Of a stretch of 64,000 nt of DNA, positions 6,901 to 16,650 are shown piece by piece. Source of the stretch: Clostridia bacterium (lineage in GTDB: Bacteria > Bacillota > Clostridia > UBA1212 > UBA1255). The stretch covers positions 361 to 64,360 of the forward strand of contig JAFZEI010000028.1 of assembly GCA_017560765.1 (NCBI GenBank), read 5' to 3'. Under the pieces are notes generated by a model. It searched no databases and was not told the DNA's origin. It worked only from the letters and a program-made list of their open reading frames with translations. The stretch's first letter is position 1. Each line of letters starts with the position of its first letter. The position numbers and the translations under genes were made by a program.

Positions 6901-8547
6901 TTAATTTTGAACAATAAGTGTTGTAAGTGATTTTTTCTGTTCTTCGGTAGGAGGTTTTATCTTGCCGTTGTTAAGAAGTGTTACAATACAGTGTAGTACG
7001 AACAATCCATCAGAATGAAATACATACTGCAATTCAAATGCTTGAACTTTTCTGAGGTGTGCAGGTACAGAGTTTAGCACAGCTTCAACATAAGGAGCTT
7101 TCAGTGTATTGAAATCTTTCAAGTACTTTGCCTTTATGCGTTCACCGATAGCAAGTAGTTTATCTTGAATCTCTTTGTTTGCTAAAATGACAATCTGCCA
7201 CACGGACTCGAACTGTTCATCATATTTTCCGTTAGTTTTAACGTATCCGCGTTCTGCCAGCCACGCATATTCATCTTTTGAAAGGCGCTCCCCAAGCAAT
7301 TCTCTGTCGTACAGCGACAGAATGCGTTTTGCTTCGTCTGAATATATAAGCTTATTGCTATTTTTGTGGTCAGACCACTCACTGTCTATCTGCCAAAAGA
7401 TATGCTTATTATCACCATTCCACATAGGGCCGCACCAATTTCTCATATGAACGTAGTCGTCGGGAAGTATAATTTCCGTAGGCGCTACGGATGTGTTGTA
7501 AATATTATGTGCGCCGTCGGGACGAATTGTAGCAACTTCTTCAAACGAAATACTCTCGTCAATAAGACTCTTGCCTGAGCAAGCAGCGATATAAGGAATC
7601 AGCGACCACAGTACAAAATTACGGTCTGTATGTCCGCACAAAATATCAGTATCATCAAGAATACCTGATAATGTTAATTCATCATAAAGTTCGTTTGCAA
7701 ATAAATCAGTAACACGCTTATACATACTATTCTGTATAGTAAACAGTTCTACTGTTGGCTCGCTAATTATGAAGTTTACAATGTATTTATCATTTTGTGC
7801 CTGTAAAAAGCCGTATTCTTCAAGAACTTCTACTTCTGATTCAATGTACACGGGCGAAACGCCAAGGTCATCGGCAATCTCATTAATACCCTTTGCTTCG
7901 TCACGCACACAATAGCATATATTTTGAGCCAATGCAGAACGTAAAAACTCGTCCGGGGATTTTGTCCCGACAGAACCTGCAACGCTGTAAGAGCTGAATT
8001 TAATAGGATTAAATTTAAGTTCACTTGTTTTTCTCATAGTTTTCATACCTCTTTTCAATTCTTTTTTTGATTCAAACAAGTGCCACTTTACAGTGCCGAG
8101 GGGAATATTTAATTCTTTTGCAATATCGGATTGCTTACGGTTTTCAAAATAATACGCAATTACAATTCTGCGTTGAAGTTTTGAAAGATAAGCTATTTCG
8201 CTTTGCAAACGAATAATAGAATCAGCATCGTCGTCTTCATACGGAAAAGTGTCGGGAGCAACCGCAATTTCCGTCACATCATCAATTGGCACACCGATAA
8301 CAGCTTTGGAAGTGTCACGGTAATAATTGCTGAGAGCATTGTGGGCAATAGTCCAAATAAATTTACCAACATCACCAATGTCATCTTTAATTAACAGAGC
8401 GCGGTAAGCCTTTAGCACTATTTCCTGCGATAGATCCTCTGCATCTTCTGCATTTTTGCACCTTTTAAGAGCGAATCCAAATATAGGTTTTAAATATTCT
8501 GTTATAAATTTTTCAGCATCTTGTCTGTTCACTTGTTTGTACCTCAT
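6901..8547 (-). CDS. ECF-type sigma-70 factor fused to a ~360-aa C-terminal domain; a paralogue of sigma-fusion A. Referred to here as sigma-fusion C.
   Basis: sigma2 (EDAEDLSQEIVLKAY...FIWTIAHN) and sigma4 (QSDIAKELNIPLGTVKWHLFESKKELKRG) are present. It has the same linker (LKFNPIKF), second HTH-like segment (INEIADDLGVSPVYIESEVEVL) and DKYIVNFII motif as A (DKYITNFFI). Confidence 0.6.
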   Translation of the reverse strand: MRYKQVNRQDAEKFITEYLKPIFGFALKRCKNAEDAEDLSQEIVLKAYRALLIKDDIGDVGKFIWTIAHNALSNYYRDTSKAVIGVPIDDVTEIAVAPDTFPYEDDDADSIIRLQSEIAYLSKLQRRIVIAYYFENRKQSDIAKELNIPLGTVKWHLFESKKELKRGMKTMRKTSELKFNPIKFSSYSVAGSVGTKSPDEFLRSALAQNICYCVRDEAKGINEIADDLGVSPVYIESEVEVLEEYGFLQAQNDKYIVNFIISEPTVELFTIQNSMYKRVTDLFANELYDELTLSGILDDTDILCGHTDRNFVLWSLIPYIAACSGKSLIDESISFEEVATIRPDGAHNIYNTSVAPTEIILPDDYVHMRNWCGPMWNGDNKHIFWQIDSEWSDHKNSNKLIYSDEAKRILSLYDRELLGERLSKDEYAWLAERGYVKTNGKYDEQFESVWQIVILANKEIQDKLLAIGERIKAKYLKDFNTLKAPYVEAVLNSVPAHLRKVQAFELQYVFHSDGLFVLHCIVTLLNNGKIKPPTEEQKKSLTTLIVQN

Positions 8548-8628
8548 TGAAAGCTTTCACCTATATAGACACAGCTTTTGAAAAAGGTTGGAAAAATTTT
8601 TATAGTGAAACAATCTTTAAACTTCCAA

Positions 8629-8830
8629 TCACTCACAGGGCAAATCAAAAAGTGTTTGAATATAATTACGTCTGCCGTAGAGCACACGTATAATATGTAC
8701 TTCGTCACCGTCCAACTTGTAAAAAGCAATATATTTACCAGGGTTTTTCACTGCATAAATCATCTGTTATATATGATTTTATTTCTTTTAAGTCATTTAT
8801 TGCTGTAGGCGAAAAGTTAATTTTTGCCAT
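8629..8830 (-). pseudogene. Degraded RelE/ParE-family toxin gene, with a frameshift and an internal deletion.
   Basis: One frame gives MAKINFSPTAINDLKEIKSYITDDLCSEKPW* (8830-8735). A second frame continues as ...NPGKYIAFYKLDGDEVHIIRVLYGRRNYIQ (to 8629), which matches the ParE/RelE C-terminal YRIIYrvdde-v-ILRighRrd motif. The break is at an A5 run, and the alpha2/beta1 core (~25 aa) is missing. Its ATG overlaps the antitoxin stop as ATGGCAAAAATTAA. Confidence 0.55.
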
Positions 8831-9077
8831 CGTCTACCCCCAAAAGTTTCTCAACTTCAGAAATACCAACATAACCCTCTTCTTTAGCAGAAGACTCGCC
8901 TTTAACCAGTTCACTCAACAACCTAAGTGTCGCCTGTGTTCTCTCAAAATCATCTATATCAACAATAGCATACATGCCGCGACCATTTTGAGTAAGGAAA
9001 ACCGGTTCTCCTACTGCGACATCTCGTAAAACTTCATTATAATTTTTTAAATCTGATACAGGTTTAATGTTCGGCAT
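8817..9077 (-). CDS. Phd/YefM-family type II antitoxin.
   Basis: MPNIKPVSDLKNYNEVLRDVAVGEPVFLTQNGRGMYAIVDIDDFER matches the Phd/YefM fold signature. A strong ribosome-binding site (AAGGGGGGGAAG) precedes the internal ATG; the ORF track extends it to 9134. Confidence 0.7.
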   Translation of the reverse strand: MPNIKPVSDLKNYNEVLRDVAVGEPVFLTQNGRGMYAIVDIDDFERTQATLRLLSELVKGESSAKEEGYVGISEVEKLLGVDDGKN

Positions 9078-9155
9078 ACATCTTCCCCCCCTTGTTATTT
9101 CGCTGTAATGATTCTTCGTAAAATTCAACAGCAAAAAATACCATCAAGAAATCAT

Positions 9156-9989
9156 TCAAATCTTCTCAGTATCAAACACAGCATTTTCTTCCATTGCTGT
9201 TATAAATTCTCCATTCATATCCTCTACCCATTTGCGGACTTCCAAAGTCTGCCAAGGTCCCGTGCCCGGTTTCCAACCGCCCGGAGTGTTTGTCCACAGC
9301 CAATCAGGAGTAGGCCAAAATGTATATTTTGCACCTATAGCCTCATATACGGAACGCTCCACGCCGCCTTGCCCATGGTGCGCCATTTGGACTGCATCTG
9401 CTTTAAGAACAGAAGGCTCATCTTTATAAAACTCTAAAAGTTCTCTGCCCCCGTTAATGTGTAAGTCACCAAGAACAATAAAGCGAAACTCCGTGCCATC
9501 ATCTTTTTTCTCTGTAATGCTATATACTACAGACAAGTCATTTATATTGAGACTCTTAGTTTCCGGATTTGCAACGCGAAGAACATCTATCGTTACATTA
9601 TCAACTTGAAATCTGTCGCCCTTATTCACTGTAATTGTATTATAAAAAGGATTTGCTACGAGATTATCAAACGGAACTACTTCGCTAAGAGCAACAGCAT
9701 CCTCTGTCGTTTTAAAAAATGCCGGTGTAGGATTGTAACATACCTTGCCAACTTTGATAGAAGAATCTTTTCTTTGACTCAGTTCAATCAATGTCTCATA
9801 GTGATCACGGTGAGGATGAGTGATAAGCCAAAGGTCGATTTCGCCACCATTTTCCGTAACGAGACGTTTAAATTCATCGGCATCTCCGCATTTGCCGCCG
9901 TCAATAGCGATTACTCTGCCGTTTTTTGTAACAATTATTATACCCATCATCTGAATCGGGGTATTATTATGCATAAGTATTATTTTCAT
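9156..9989 (-). CDS. MBL-fold metallo-hydrolase.
   Basis: Carries the THPHRDHYETL (HxHxDH) metal-binding motif and a later DLHINGG histidine. The start is probably MKIILMHNN after an AGGAG ribosome-binding site. Confidence 0.65.
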   Translation of the reverse strand: MKIILMHNNTPIQMMGIIIVTKNGRVIAIDGGKCGDADEFKRLVTENGGEIDLWLITHPHRDHYETLIELSQRKDSSIKVGKVCYNPTPAFFKTTEDAVALSEVVPFDNLVANPFYNTITVNKGDRFQVDNVTIDVLRVANPETKSLNINDLSVVYSITEKKDDGTEFRFIVLGDLHINGGRELLEFYKDEPSVLKADAVQMAHHGQGGVERSVYEAIGAKYTFWPTPDWLWTNTPGGWKPGTGPWQTLEVRKWVEDMNGEFITAMEENAVFDTEKI

Positions 9990-10175
9990 TTTCAAGACTC
10001 CTGTCCCATCTTTTTTTATATGTTTAGTATAAAAGTAACACATGAAAGTGTCAATAATAAAGAGCCTGCATAAAAAGTTTTGTTTACAATAAAGAGCTTT
10101 GAGGATATAATATAATTTAGGTAAAATTACATAAAAATAACCACAATTAAAAATAAATCAGAGAGGATGATTTCA

Positions 10176-10655
10176 ATGAACAAAATACTTGAATTGTTAG
10201 AAAAAAACAGCACACTTACAGTTGCTGACATAGCGGTTATGCTTGATAAAAGTGAGGAGGAGATTTCCGCCGCCATAGAGCAATTCAAAAAAGACGGTAT
10301 CATTCTCGGCAGCAAAATGCTCGTTAATTGGCAAAAAACCACAAGAGAATACGTTACTGCTTTTATAGAGCTTAAAGTAACACCACAGTTCGGCAAAGGT
10401 TTTGACCAAATTGCAGAAAGATTTTATCAATATGAGCAAGTAAAAACAGTTTATCTTATGTCAGGTGCTTATGATATTGCATTAATTATTGAGGGAAAAA
10501 CATTAAACGAAGTTGCCCTTTTTGTTGCAGAACAGTTATCTCCCATGGACACTGTAATCAGCACCGCCACACACTTTGTTCTAAAAAAATACAAGCAGGA
10601 CGGTGTGCTTTTTGAACAACCTCAAGGAGACGAAAGATTGGTGATGATGGTTTGA
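10176..10655 (+). CDS. Lrp/AsnC-family transcriptional regulator.
   Basis: N-terminal HTH (ILELLEKNSTLTVADIAVMLDKSEEEISAAIEQFKKDGII) plus a C-terminal RAM/AsnC_trans domain. A GAGAGGA ribosome-binding site precedes it. Confidence 0.7.
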   Translation: MNKILELLEKNSTLTVADIAVMLDKSEEEISAAIEQFKKDGIILGSKMLVNWQKTTREYVTAFIELKVTPQFGKGFDQIAERFYQYEQVKTVYLMSGAYDIALIIEGKTLNEVALFVAEQLSPMDTVISTATHFVLKKYKQDGVLFEQPQGDERLVMMV

Positions 10656-11815
10656 ATTTTAGCAATTTACTCAATAACACGTTAACTGATTTGCCTCCTT
10701 CCGGCATTCGTAAGCTTTTTGACATTGCTGCAACAATGGATGATGTTATATCTTTGGGTATAGGAGAGCCTGACTTCCCTACTCCATGGCACGTGCGTAA
10801 TGTTGCTATCAATACATTGGAAAAAAGCAGAACAAAATACACTGCAAACGCAGGTATGATTGAATTAAGGCAAGAGATTTCTCGCTATCTTCAAAGAAGG
10901 TTTAACTTGTCTTATAAGGCGGATAAGCAAATCCTTGTAACAGTCGGAGGCAGTGAAGCCATCGACTTAACTATGCGCGCCTTTATTAAACCCGGAGATG
11001 AAGTTATAGTTCCTCTGCCAAGCTTTGTTTGCTACGGTCCTCTTGCTGCTATGTGCGGAGCAAAAGTAGTTAATATAAATATGCGCGCTGAGGATAATTT
11101 TAAATTAACCCCTGAGCTTTTAAAGAATGCTATTACAGATAAAACGAAGCTTTTAGTTCTGCCATTTCCTAACAATCCGACAGGTTCTATTATGGAAAAG
11201 AGCGACTTAGAGGCTATTGCAGATGTTTTACGCGGCACAGATATTCTTGTTCTTTCAGACGAAATATACAGCGAGCTTAATTATACAAGCACTCGCCATA
11301 TTTCTATAGCAGAAATACCCGACATGAAGGAACGCACAATTTTAGTTAATGGTTTTTCAAAAACATATTCCATGACGGGCTGGCGTCTCGGCTACGTTTG
11401 CGCAGAGCCGGAGGTTATTACTCAATTAACAAAATTACACCAATATGCCATTATGTGTGCTCCTACCACAAGTCAGTTTGCAGCAATTGAGGCAATCAAA
11501 AACGGCGACGAAGATGTACGATTAATGCGCGAAGAATATAATTACAGAAGAAAGTTTATTGTAAATGGTTTCAACAAATTGGGTCTGACTTGTTTTGAAC
11601 CATTAGGCGCTTTTTATTGTTTCCCTTGTATTAAGAGTACCGGCATGACTTCTGAGGAGTTTTGCAACAAATTACTTACACAAGAAAAAGTAGCCATTGT
11701 CCCCGGCGGTGCTTTTGGCGAAAGCGGAGAGGGTTACGTAAGAGTTTCGTATGCATATTCAATAGATCACATAAAAAAAGCATTGGATGCCATCGCGCGT
11801 TTTCTTAATAATTAA
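10652..11815 (+). CDS. PLP-dependent class I/II aminotransferase of the aspartate/aromatic aminotransferase family.
   Basis: 387 aa with the LGIGEPDFPTP motif, the lysine-containing NGFSKTYSMTGWRLGY motif, and SYAYS near the C-terminus. It has a 4-nt overlap with the Lrp regulator. Confidence 0.8.
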   Translation: MNFSNLLNNTLTDLPPSGIRKLFDIAATMDDVISLGIGEPDFPTPWHVRNVAINTLEKSRTKYTANAGMIELRQEISRYLQRRFNLSYKADKQILVTVGGSEAIDLTMRAFIKPGDEVIVPLPSFVCYGPLAAMCGAKVVNINMRAEDNFKLTPELLKNAITDKTKLLVLPFPNNPTGSIMEKSDLEAIADVLRGTDILVLSDEIYSELNYTSTRHISIAEIPDMKERTILVNGFSKTYSMTGWRLGYVCAEPEVITQLTKLHQYAIMCAPTTSQFAAIEAIKNGDEDVRLMREEYNYRRKFIVNGFNKLGLTCFEPLGAFYCFPCIKSTGMTSEEFCNKLLTQEKVAIVPGGAFGESGEGYVRVSYAYSIDHIKKALDAIARFLNN

Positions 11816-11830
11816 TTATCGAAAGGAAGA

Positions 11831-14179
11831 GTGACGGATTTTATGCAGCTTTCTCAAGGAAGTAAGTGGATTTGGGCAAAAAACTGTCCTTACGAAGTAA
11901 ATTGTTATTGCGAATTTGCTGACAAATTTATTGTAGAAAGACCTGATTCAACCGTACAAGTCAGAATCAGTGCAGACAGTCAATATGCTTTATGGGTAAA
12001 CGGAAGATTTGCAGACTTTGGTCAATATGCCGATTTTCCCGAATACAAAATTTTTGACACAATCGATATTTCCCATCTCGTCAATGTAGGAGATAACGAA
12101 ATCCGCATTCTTGCATACTATCAAGGTACTTCCTCCTCTACATACTTACACGCGGCAGCCGGGCTGCTTTATGATGTAATATGTGACGACCGTGCCTTAG
12201 CCGTAAGCAACTCGTACACTCTTTCAAGAGTGGCTTCTGAATACAAAAACGGCCCCATAGAGTTCGTTACATGGCAGCTTGGTTATACGTTTGCATACGA
12301 TGCCACCAAAAGAGGCCAAAACAAGTGGCAGAGTTCCGTAGCAGTAAGCAATAATGTAAAAGTTTTTCCAAGACCTATTGCTAAACCGGAAGTCAAAAAC
12401 CGCGTGCCTGCCACGATAATTGCACAGGGCTTTTTTATGCATCACCCTGCATACAAAGACAACGCTCCGGCTCTTGCAATGCAGAAAGCCTTTTTATCTT
12501 CAGGCAGAATTTGGGATTTAAACAAAAAAAGCGGCTGCGAGCCATTCAAACTCAGCGCTCGCAATCCTCTTGTTTGCAAGGTTGATCCAACATCCCCTGC
12601 CCATTTAGGCGAAAACGGTGTTTACTTAATAATAGATTTAGGTCAAGAAGAGGCAGGTTGCTTCGAGCTTGATATTGAGGCAACAGAAGGTACTCGTATT
12701 TTGATTGGCTATGGAGAGCATCTTGACGACTTGCGCATACGTACTGCATTAGGCGGACGCTCTTTTGCGGCGGAATACATTTGCGCTCCCGGCAGAAATC
12801 GATATGTCCACTACAACAAAAGGTTTGGCTGTCGTTATTTGTCTCTTTATATAGAAACTTTTGACTTTACTTTATATTACGCGGGCCTTCGTCCTTACCA
12901 ATATCCTTTTAAAGAGCGAGGAAAGTTTATTTGCTCTGATAATTTGCATAATAAGATATACGAAACTTGCCTGCACACATTAAAGCTAAGCGCTCATGAG
13001 CATTACGAGGATTGTCCGTGGCGTGAACAGGCCTTATACTCTATGGATTCAAGAAATCAGATTTTATGCGGATACTACGCTTTTGGCGAATATGATATGC
13101 CAAGAGAAAGCATAAGACTGCTTTCTCTTGGTTTGAGAGACGATGGGTTATTAGAGTTGTGTGCTCCCGCAAAGGTAAACGTTACCATTCCATCTTTTTC
13201 GCTTATTTGGATTTTAGAGCTGTATGAGTACGTTATGTACTCCGGTGACTTAGCTTTTGGTGAAGAAATGTGGCCTTGTGCCGAGAAAATCATACGCACA
13301 TTTTGGCGAAACGCAAAAGGCCGCGATTTGCAAGGTCCCATGTCTGATGATGGTTGTTGGAATTTCTATGAATGGTCTTACGGTTTGTCCGATGGTTTCC
13401 CGAAAAATCTTCGTGATAAAAATGACTACAGAAATTACGACGGTCCTTTAAGCGTTTTTTATATTATTGCTTTGGATTCAATGATAAAGCTCTCGAAGCT
13501 TTTATATTCTTATAGCAAATCATCCGGTGCAGAAAATTCCGGTATGCATGAAATTGATTTTGTAGAGAAAATTTCTTGGTGCGAAATGCTCTTAAATGGT
13601 GCTAAAGCTGCTTTGCACGATGCGTTTTGGGATTCCTCTGTAGGGGCATACTGTACATACGTTGTAAACGGAGAAAAGTTGCATTTTTCTGAGCTTATGA
13701 ATTCTCTTGTTTTATATGCGGGTCTTGTTCCCGAATCACATGTCAAACGTATAGCAGATATACTTTCACACAATTCGCAGTGTTCCCCTTCCCTTATTCC
13801 TGTGACTCTTAGCCATACAATTTTTAAATACGAGGCTCTTTTAAATGCAGGTGATACGTATGCCGACTATGTTATTAATGATATTGCCGATAAATGGGGA
13901 TATATGTTATATAATGGTGCCACATCTTTTTGGGAAACCATCGATGGAGCTTGGGCTTTTGATACAGCAGGCAGTCTTTGCCACGGTTGGTCTGCAATAC
14001 CTGTTTTGTTCTATTACAAATACTTATTAGGTGTTTCTCCTCGCACAATTGGTTTTAGAGATTACAATTTTAAACCTTTAAAATTAAAGACGCCCCTAAA
14101 AGCCTCGGGAAAAATCCCTCGATTTGACAGAGCGTCTTTAGATATCGAAATTAACGAAAATGGTTTTAAGCTGACTTAA
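11831..14179 (+). CDS. Six-hairpin glycoside hydrolase, alpha-L-rhamnosidase (GH78)-like, intracellular.
   Basis: 782 aa with no signal peptide. The EDCPWREQALYSMDSRNQ motif resembles the DCP-RER-W-GD motif of the GH78 catalytic domain, and the (alpha/alpha)6-like C-terminal half is consistent with this. Family assignment is tentative. Confidence 0.45.
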   Translation: MTDFMQLSQGSKWIWAKNCPYEVNCYCEFADKFIVERPDSTVQVRISADSQYALWVNGRFADFGQYADFPEYKIFDTIDISHLVNVGDNEIRILAYYQGTSSSTYLHAAAGLLYDVICDDRALAVSNSYTLSRVASEYKNGPIEFVTWQLGYTFAYDATKRGQNKWQSSVAVSNNVKVFPRPIAKPEVKNRVPATIIAQGFFMHHPAYKDNAPALAMQKAFLSSGRIWDLNKKSGCEPFKLSARNPLVCKVDPTSPAHLGENGVYLIIDLGQEEAGCFELDIEATEGTRILIGYGEHLDDLRIRTALGGRSFAAEYICAPGRNRYVHYNKRFGCRYLSLYIETFDFTLYYAGLRPYQYPFKERGKFICSDNLHNKIYETCLHTLKLSAHEHYEDCPWREQALYSMDSRNQILCGYYAFGEYDMPRESIRLLSLGLRDDGLLELCAPAKVNVTIPSFSLIWILELYEYVMYSGDLAFGEEMWPCAEKIIRTFWRNAKGRDLQGPMSDDGCWNFYEWSYGLSDGFPKNLRDKNDYRNYDGPLSVFYIIALDSMIKLSKLLYSYSKSSGAENSGMHEIDFVEKISWCEMLLNGAKAALHDAFWDSSVGAYCTYVVNGEKLHFSELMNSLVLYAGLVPESHVKRIADILSHNSQCSPSLIPVTLSHTIFKYEALLNAGDTYADYVINDIADKWGYMLYNGATSFWETIDGAWAFDTAGSLCHGWSAIPVLFYYKYLLGVSPRTIGFRDYNFKPLKLKTPLKASGKIPRFDRASLDIEINENGFKLT

Positions 14180-14197
14180 AAAGTCAGCTTTTTGTTA
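14168..14197. terminator. Bidirectional terminator between the convergent GH78-like gene and metK.
   Basis: aagctgactt-aaaa-agtcagctt hairpin with a T-run. Confidence 0.55.
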
Positions 14198-14201
14198 TTT
14201 A

Positions 14202-15365
14202 TTAAAGTGAAACTGTTTCTTCCCATTTAAGTTGACAATCTTCTTTGCCAAAATGTCCGTAATTTGTTGTTTTGGCATAAATTGGTGTGCGCAAATTAAG
14301 ATATTTAATTATTGCTGCAGGACGAAGGTCAAACTTAGAGAGGATGCGTTGCTCAATTTCTGTTTCCGGTATTGTGTTTGTACCGAATGTATCTACACGT
14401 ACAGATACAGGCTGTGCAACTCCTATTGCATAAGCAAGCTGTATTTCACATCTTTCTGCAAGATTCGAAGCAACTACACTCTTTGCTATATGACGTGCCA
14501 TATATGCTGCACTTCTGTCTACCTTTGTAGGATCTTTTCCGCTGAAAGCTCCGCCTCCGTGACGTCCCATGCCACCGTAAGTATCGACAATTATTTTTCT
14601 TCCTGTCAATCCTGAATCTCCGCAAGGTCCTCCAACAACAAATCTACCTGTTGGGTTAACGTAGAATTTAGTATCGGCGTCAATATATTGCTCCGGTATA
14701 ACCGCACCTATAACGTGTTCTTTTATATCTTTGCGAAGTGTTTCTATGTCAATGTCTGCACTATGCTGGGAAGATACAACAACTGCGTCTACTCTTATAG
14801 GTTTATTATTCTCGTCATATTCTACTGTTACCTGACTTTTGCCATCCGGTCTTAAATAACTGAGAAGACCCGTTTTTCTTACCTCTGTAAGTCTCATTGT
14901 AAGCTTGTGCGCAAGACTTATTGGCAGTGGCATAAGTTCTTTTGTTTCTTTGCAAGCATAACCGAACATCATACCTTGATCTCCGGCACCGTTTTCGTTG
15001 TCTGAATCCTCATCGGCTCCTTGTTTTGCTTCTAATGACTTGTCTACACCAAGCGCAATATCCGGAGATTGCTCATGCACACAGCTCATTACAGCACAAG
15101 TATTACCATCAAAACCCATATCAGAACTGTTATATCCTATGTCAAGCACTGTTTTTCTTGCTATTGCCGCAAAGTCTACGTATGTGTTTGTTGTTATTTC
15201 ACCCATTATGAAAATTTGCCCCGTTGCAGCAGTTACCTCACAAGCAACTCTTGCCTTAGGGTCTTCTGCTATAATTGCGTCCAATATCCTGTCTGCAACT
15301 TGGTCGCAGATCTTATCGGGATGTCCCTCTGTAACGGACTCTGATGTAAAAAGATTTCTTGCCAT
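14202..15365 (-). CDS. metK: S-adenosylmethionine synthetase.
   Basis: Hallmark motifs throughout: [20 protein letters not shown] and DRSAAY. Confidence 0.95.
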   Translation of the reverse strand: MARNLFTSESVTEGHPDKICDQVADRILDAIIAEDPKARVACEVTAATGQIFIMGEITTNTYVDFAAIARKTVLDIGYNSSDMGFDGNTCAVMSCVHEQSPDIALGVDKSLEAKQGADEDSDNENGAGDQGMMFGYACKETKELMPLPISLAHKLTMRLTEVRKTGLLSYLRPDGKSQVTVEYDENNKPIRVDAVVVSSQHSADIDIETLRKDIKEHVIGAVIPEQYIDADTKFYVNPTGRFVVGGPCGDSGLTGRKIIVDTYGGMGRHGGGAFSGKDPTKVDRSAAYMARHIAKSVVASNLAERCEIQLAYAIGVAQPVSVRVDTFGTNTIPETEIEQRILSKFDLRPAAIIKYLNLRTPIYAKTTNYGHFGKEDCQLKWEETVSL

Positions 15366-15509
15366 TTATTAAACTCCCCTTTCGGTTGTTGTTTTATTGT
15401 TAGTTTTTATTGTTAATATTGCATTAAAAGAGTCAAATGCAACGCTCCTTGAAGTATATCATATTTTTTAACCTATATAAACATTTTTTACAAAAAAACT
15501 ATGCACTGT

Positions 15510-16313
15510 TTATATGCAGAACATTATAAACTTTAATACATCCATATAATCGTGGCTCTCATATGATACTTTTTTAACGTCTGTTCTCTTAGCTCCCGGA
15601 TAATTGGAATATTTATTTGCCTCTTGCCATTCTTTATACTCCACCTCGGCAACAAAATACTCAGGTAATTCCAGAACACATGTCTTATCAATGTCTTTTA
15701 ATTTCAAAGCCTTTTCTATTCCTGTTTCTATTTCTTTACGTACTTTCTCCGGATGTTTCGCAAGTGTTGCTCCTCCTATAACACTTTTTGATGATACAGT
15801 TTCTATGCAAGGTATCATTTCTTTTGCAATTTTGCAAAGAGCCTCATCTCCCGACAAAAATACTATCGGCTTTTTAAAATATGCTGCTATATATGCATTA
15901 ATAATAAATTCAGAAGCGGCAATACCATTTATTGTAAAACGGTTTACTTTGCGCACCATAGTATGAGAGAGCGTATTTCCGTCTGACCACGCATCTGAAT
16001 GATAGCCTGTAAAAGCCACTGCGTCGTACTCATCCTTATCTAATCCACCCATCATTTCCAACATATCTCCTGTCCAGCCACGAATAAGAGTTACATTTTC
16101 AGGTATATTTTCGGGATTAATATTTCTGCCGTTACAATGTGCATCCTTTACGGTTACTTCCCAACCTGCATTCTCTGCTCCTCTGCATGCAGCGGCAACT
16201 TCTTTTGTCATAATTTCAGCAAAATACGGATATTTCGTACCGCCGGGCAGAGCCTCATCCCAATCCATTATTGCTGCACTGCCTTCTATATCTGCACTAA
16301 TATATAATTTCAT
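15510..16313 (-). CDS. M55-family D-aminopeptidase, DppA-like.
   Basis: MKLYISADIEGSAAI N-terminus with DppA-like conservation. The start was moved to the ATG after a GAAAGAAGG ribosome-binding site; the ORF track gives 16385. Confidence 0.6.
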   Translation of the reverse strand: MKLYISADIEGSAAIMDWDEALPGGTKYPYFAEIMTKEVAAACRGAENAGWEVTVKDAHCNGRNINPENIPENVTLIRGWTGDMLEMMGGLDKDEYDAVAFTGYHSDAWSDGNTLSHTMVRKVNRFTINGIAASEFIINAYIAAYFKKPIVFLSGDEALCKIAKEMIPCIETVSSKSVIGGATLAKHPEKVRKEIETGIEKALKLKDIDKTCVLELPEYFVAEVEYKEWQEANKYSNYPGAKRTDVKKVSYESHDYMDVLKFIMFCI

Positions 16314-16440
16314 TAAAAAGCCTTCTTTCACTGTTAATTTCTTTATTATACGATGCCACTTCAAAAAAATAAAGACGAAATTCACTTAATTGAATATAAG
16401 GTTTTTTTGTGGGCAATATATACTTGAAAGGATGATGAAC

Positions 16441-16650
16441 ATGATGTCTAAAAGCGGAAATGAATTGCCCATCAATTTTGCCTTAGAGCTGGCCACTGAT
16501 TTAGATGCAATGGATGCTTTTGCCGAAATGAGCGAAAATGAGCAACAAAACTGCATTGATGAATCAAGAAGAATGAATACAAAACAAGAAATGCATGAAT
16601 ATGTTGCATCAATAAAAAAATCAACCTCCAATAGAAAGCTTCACACCTAA
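16441..16650 (+). CDS. Small YdeI/OmpD-associated (OmdA)-like protein.
   Basis: ELP...LDAMDAFAEMSENEQQNCIDESRRMNTKQEMHEYV resembles PF13376. Its 3' end overlaps the convergent methyltransferase gene by ~30 nt. Confidence 0.35.
   Translation: MMSKSGNELPINFALELATDLDAMDAFAEMSENEQQNCIDESRRMNTKQEMHEYVASIKKSTSNRKLHT

Noticed and set aside
8544-8729. 61-aa ORF as the toxin partner of the Phd antitoxin
   Set aside because: Its sequence has no toxin features. The real RelE/ParE-like remnant is encoded in the two other minus-strand frames over the same DNA.
15366-15509. SAM-I (S-box) riboswitch upstream of metK
   Set aside because: The minus-strand leader was read through and lacks the CTCTTATCAAGAG / GGTGGAGGGA core and the S-box helices. 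Only an AT-rich spacer is present.
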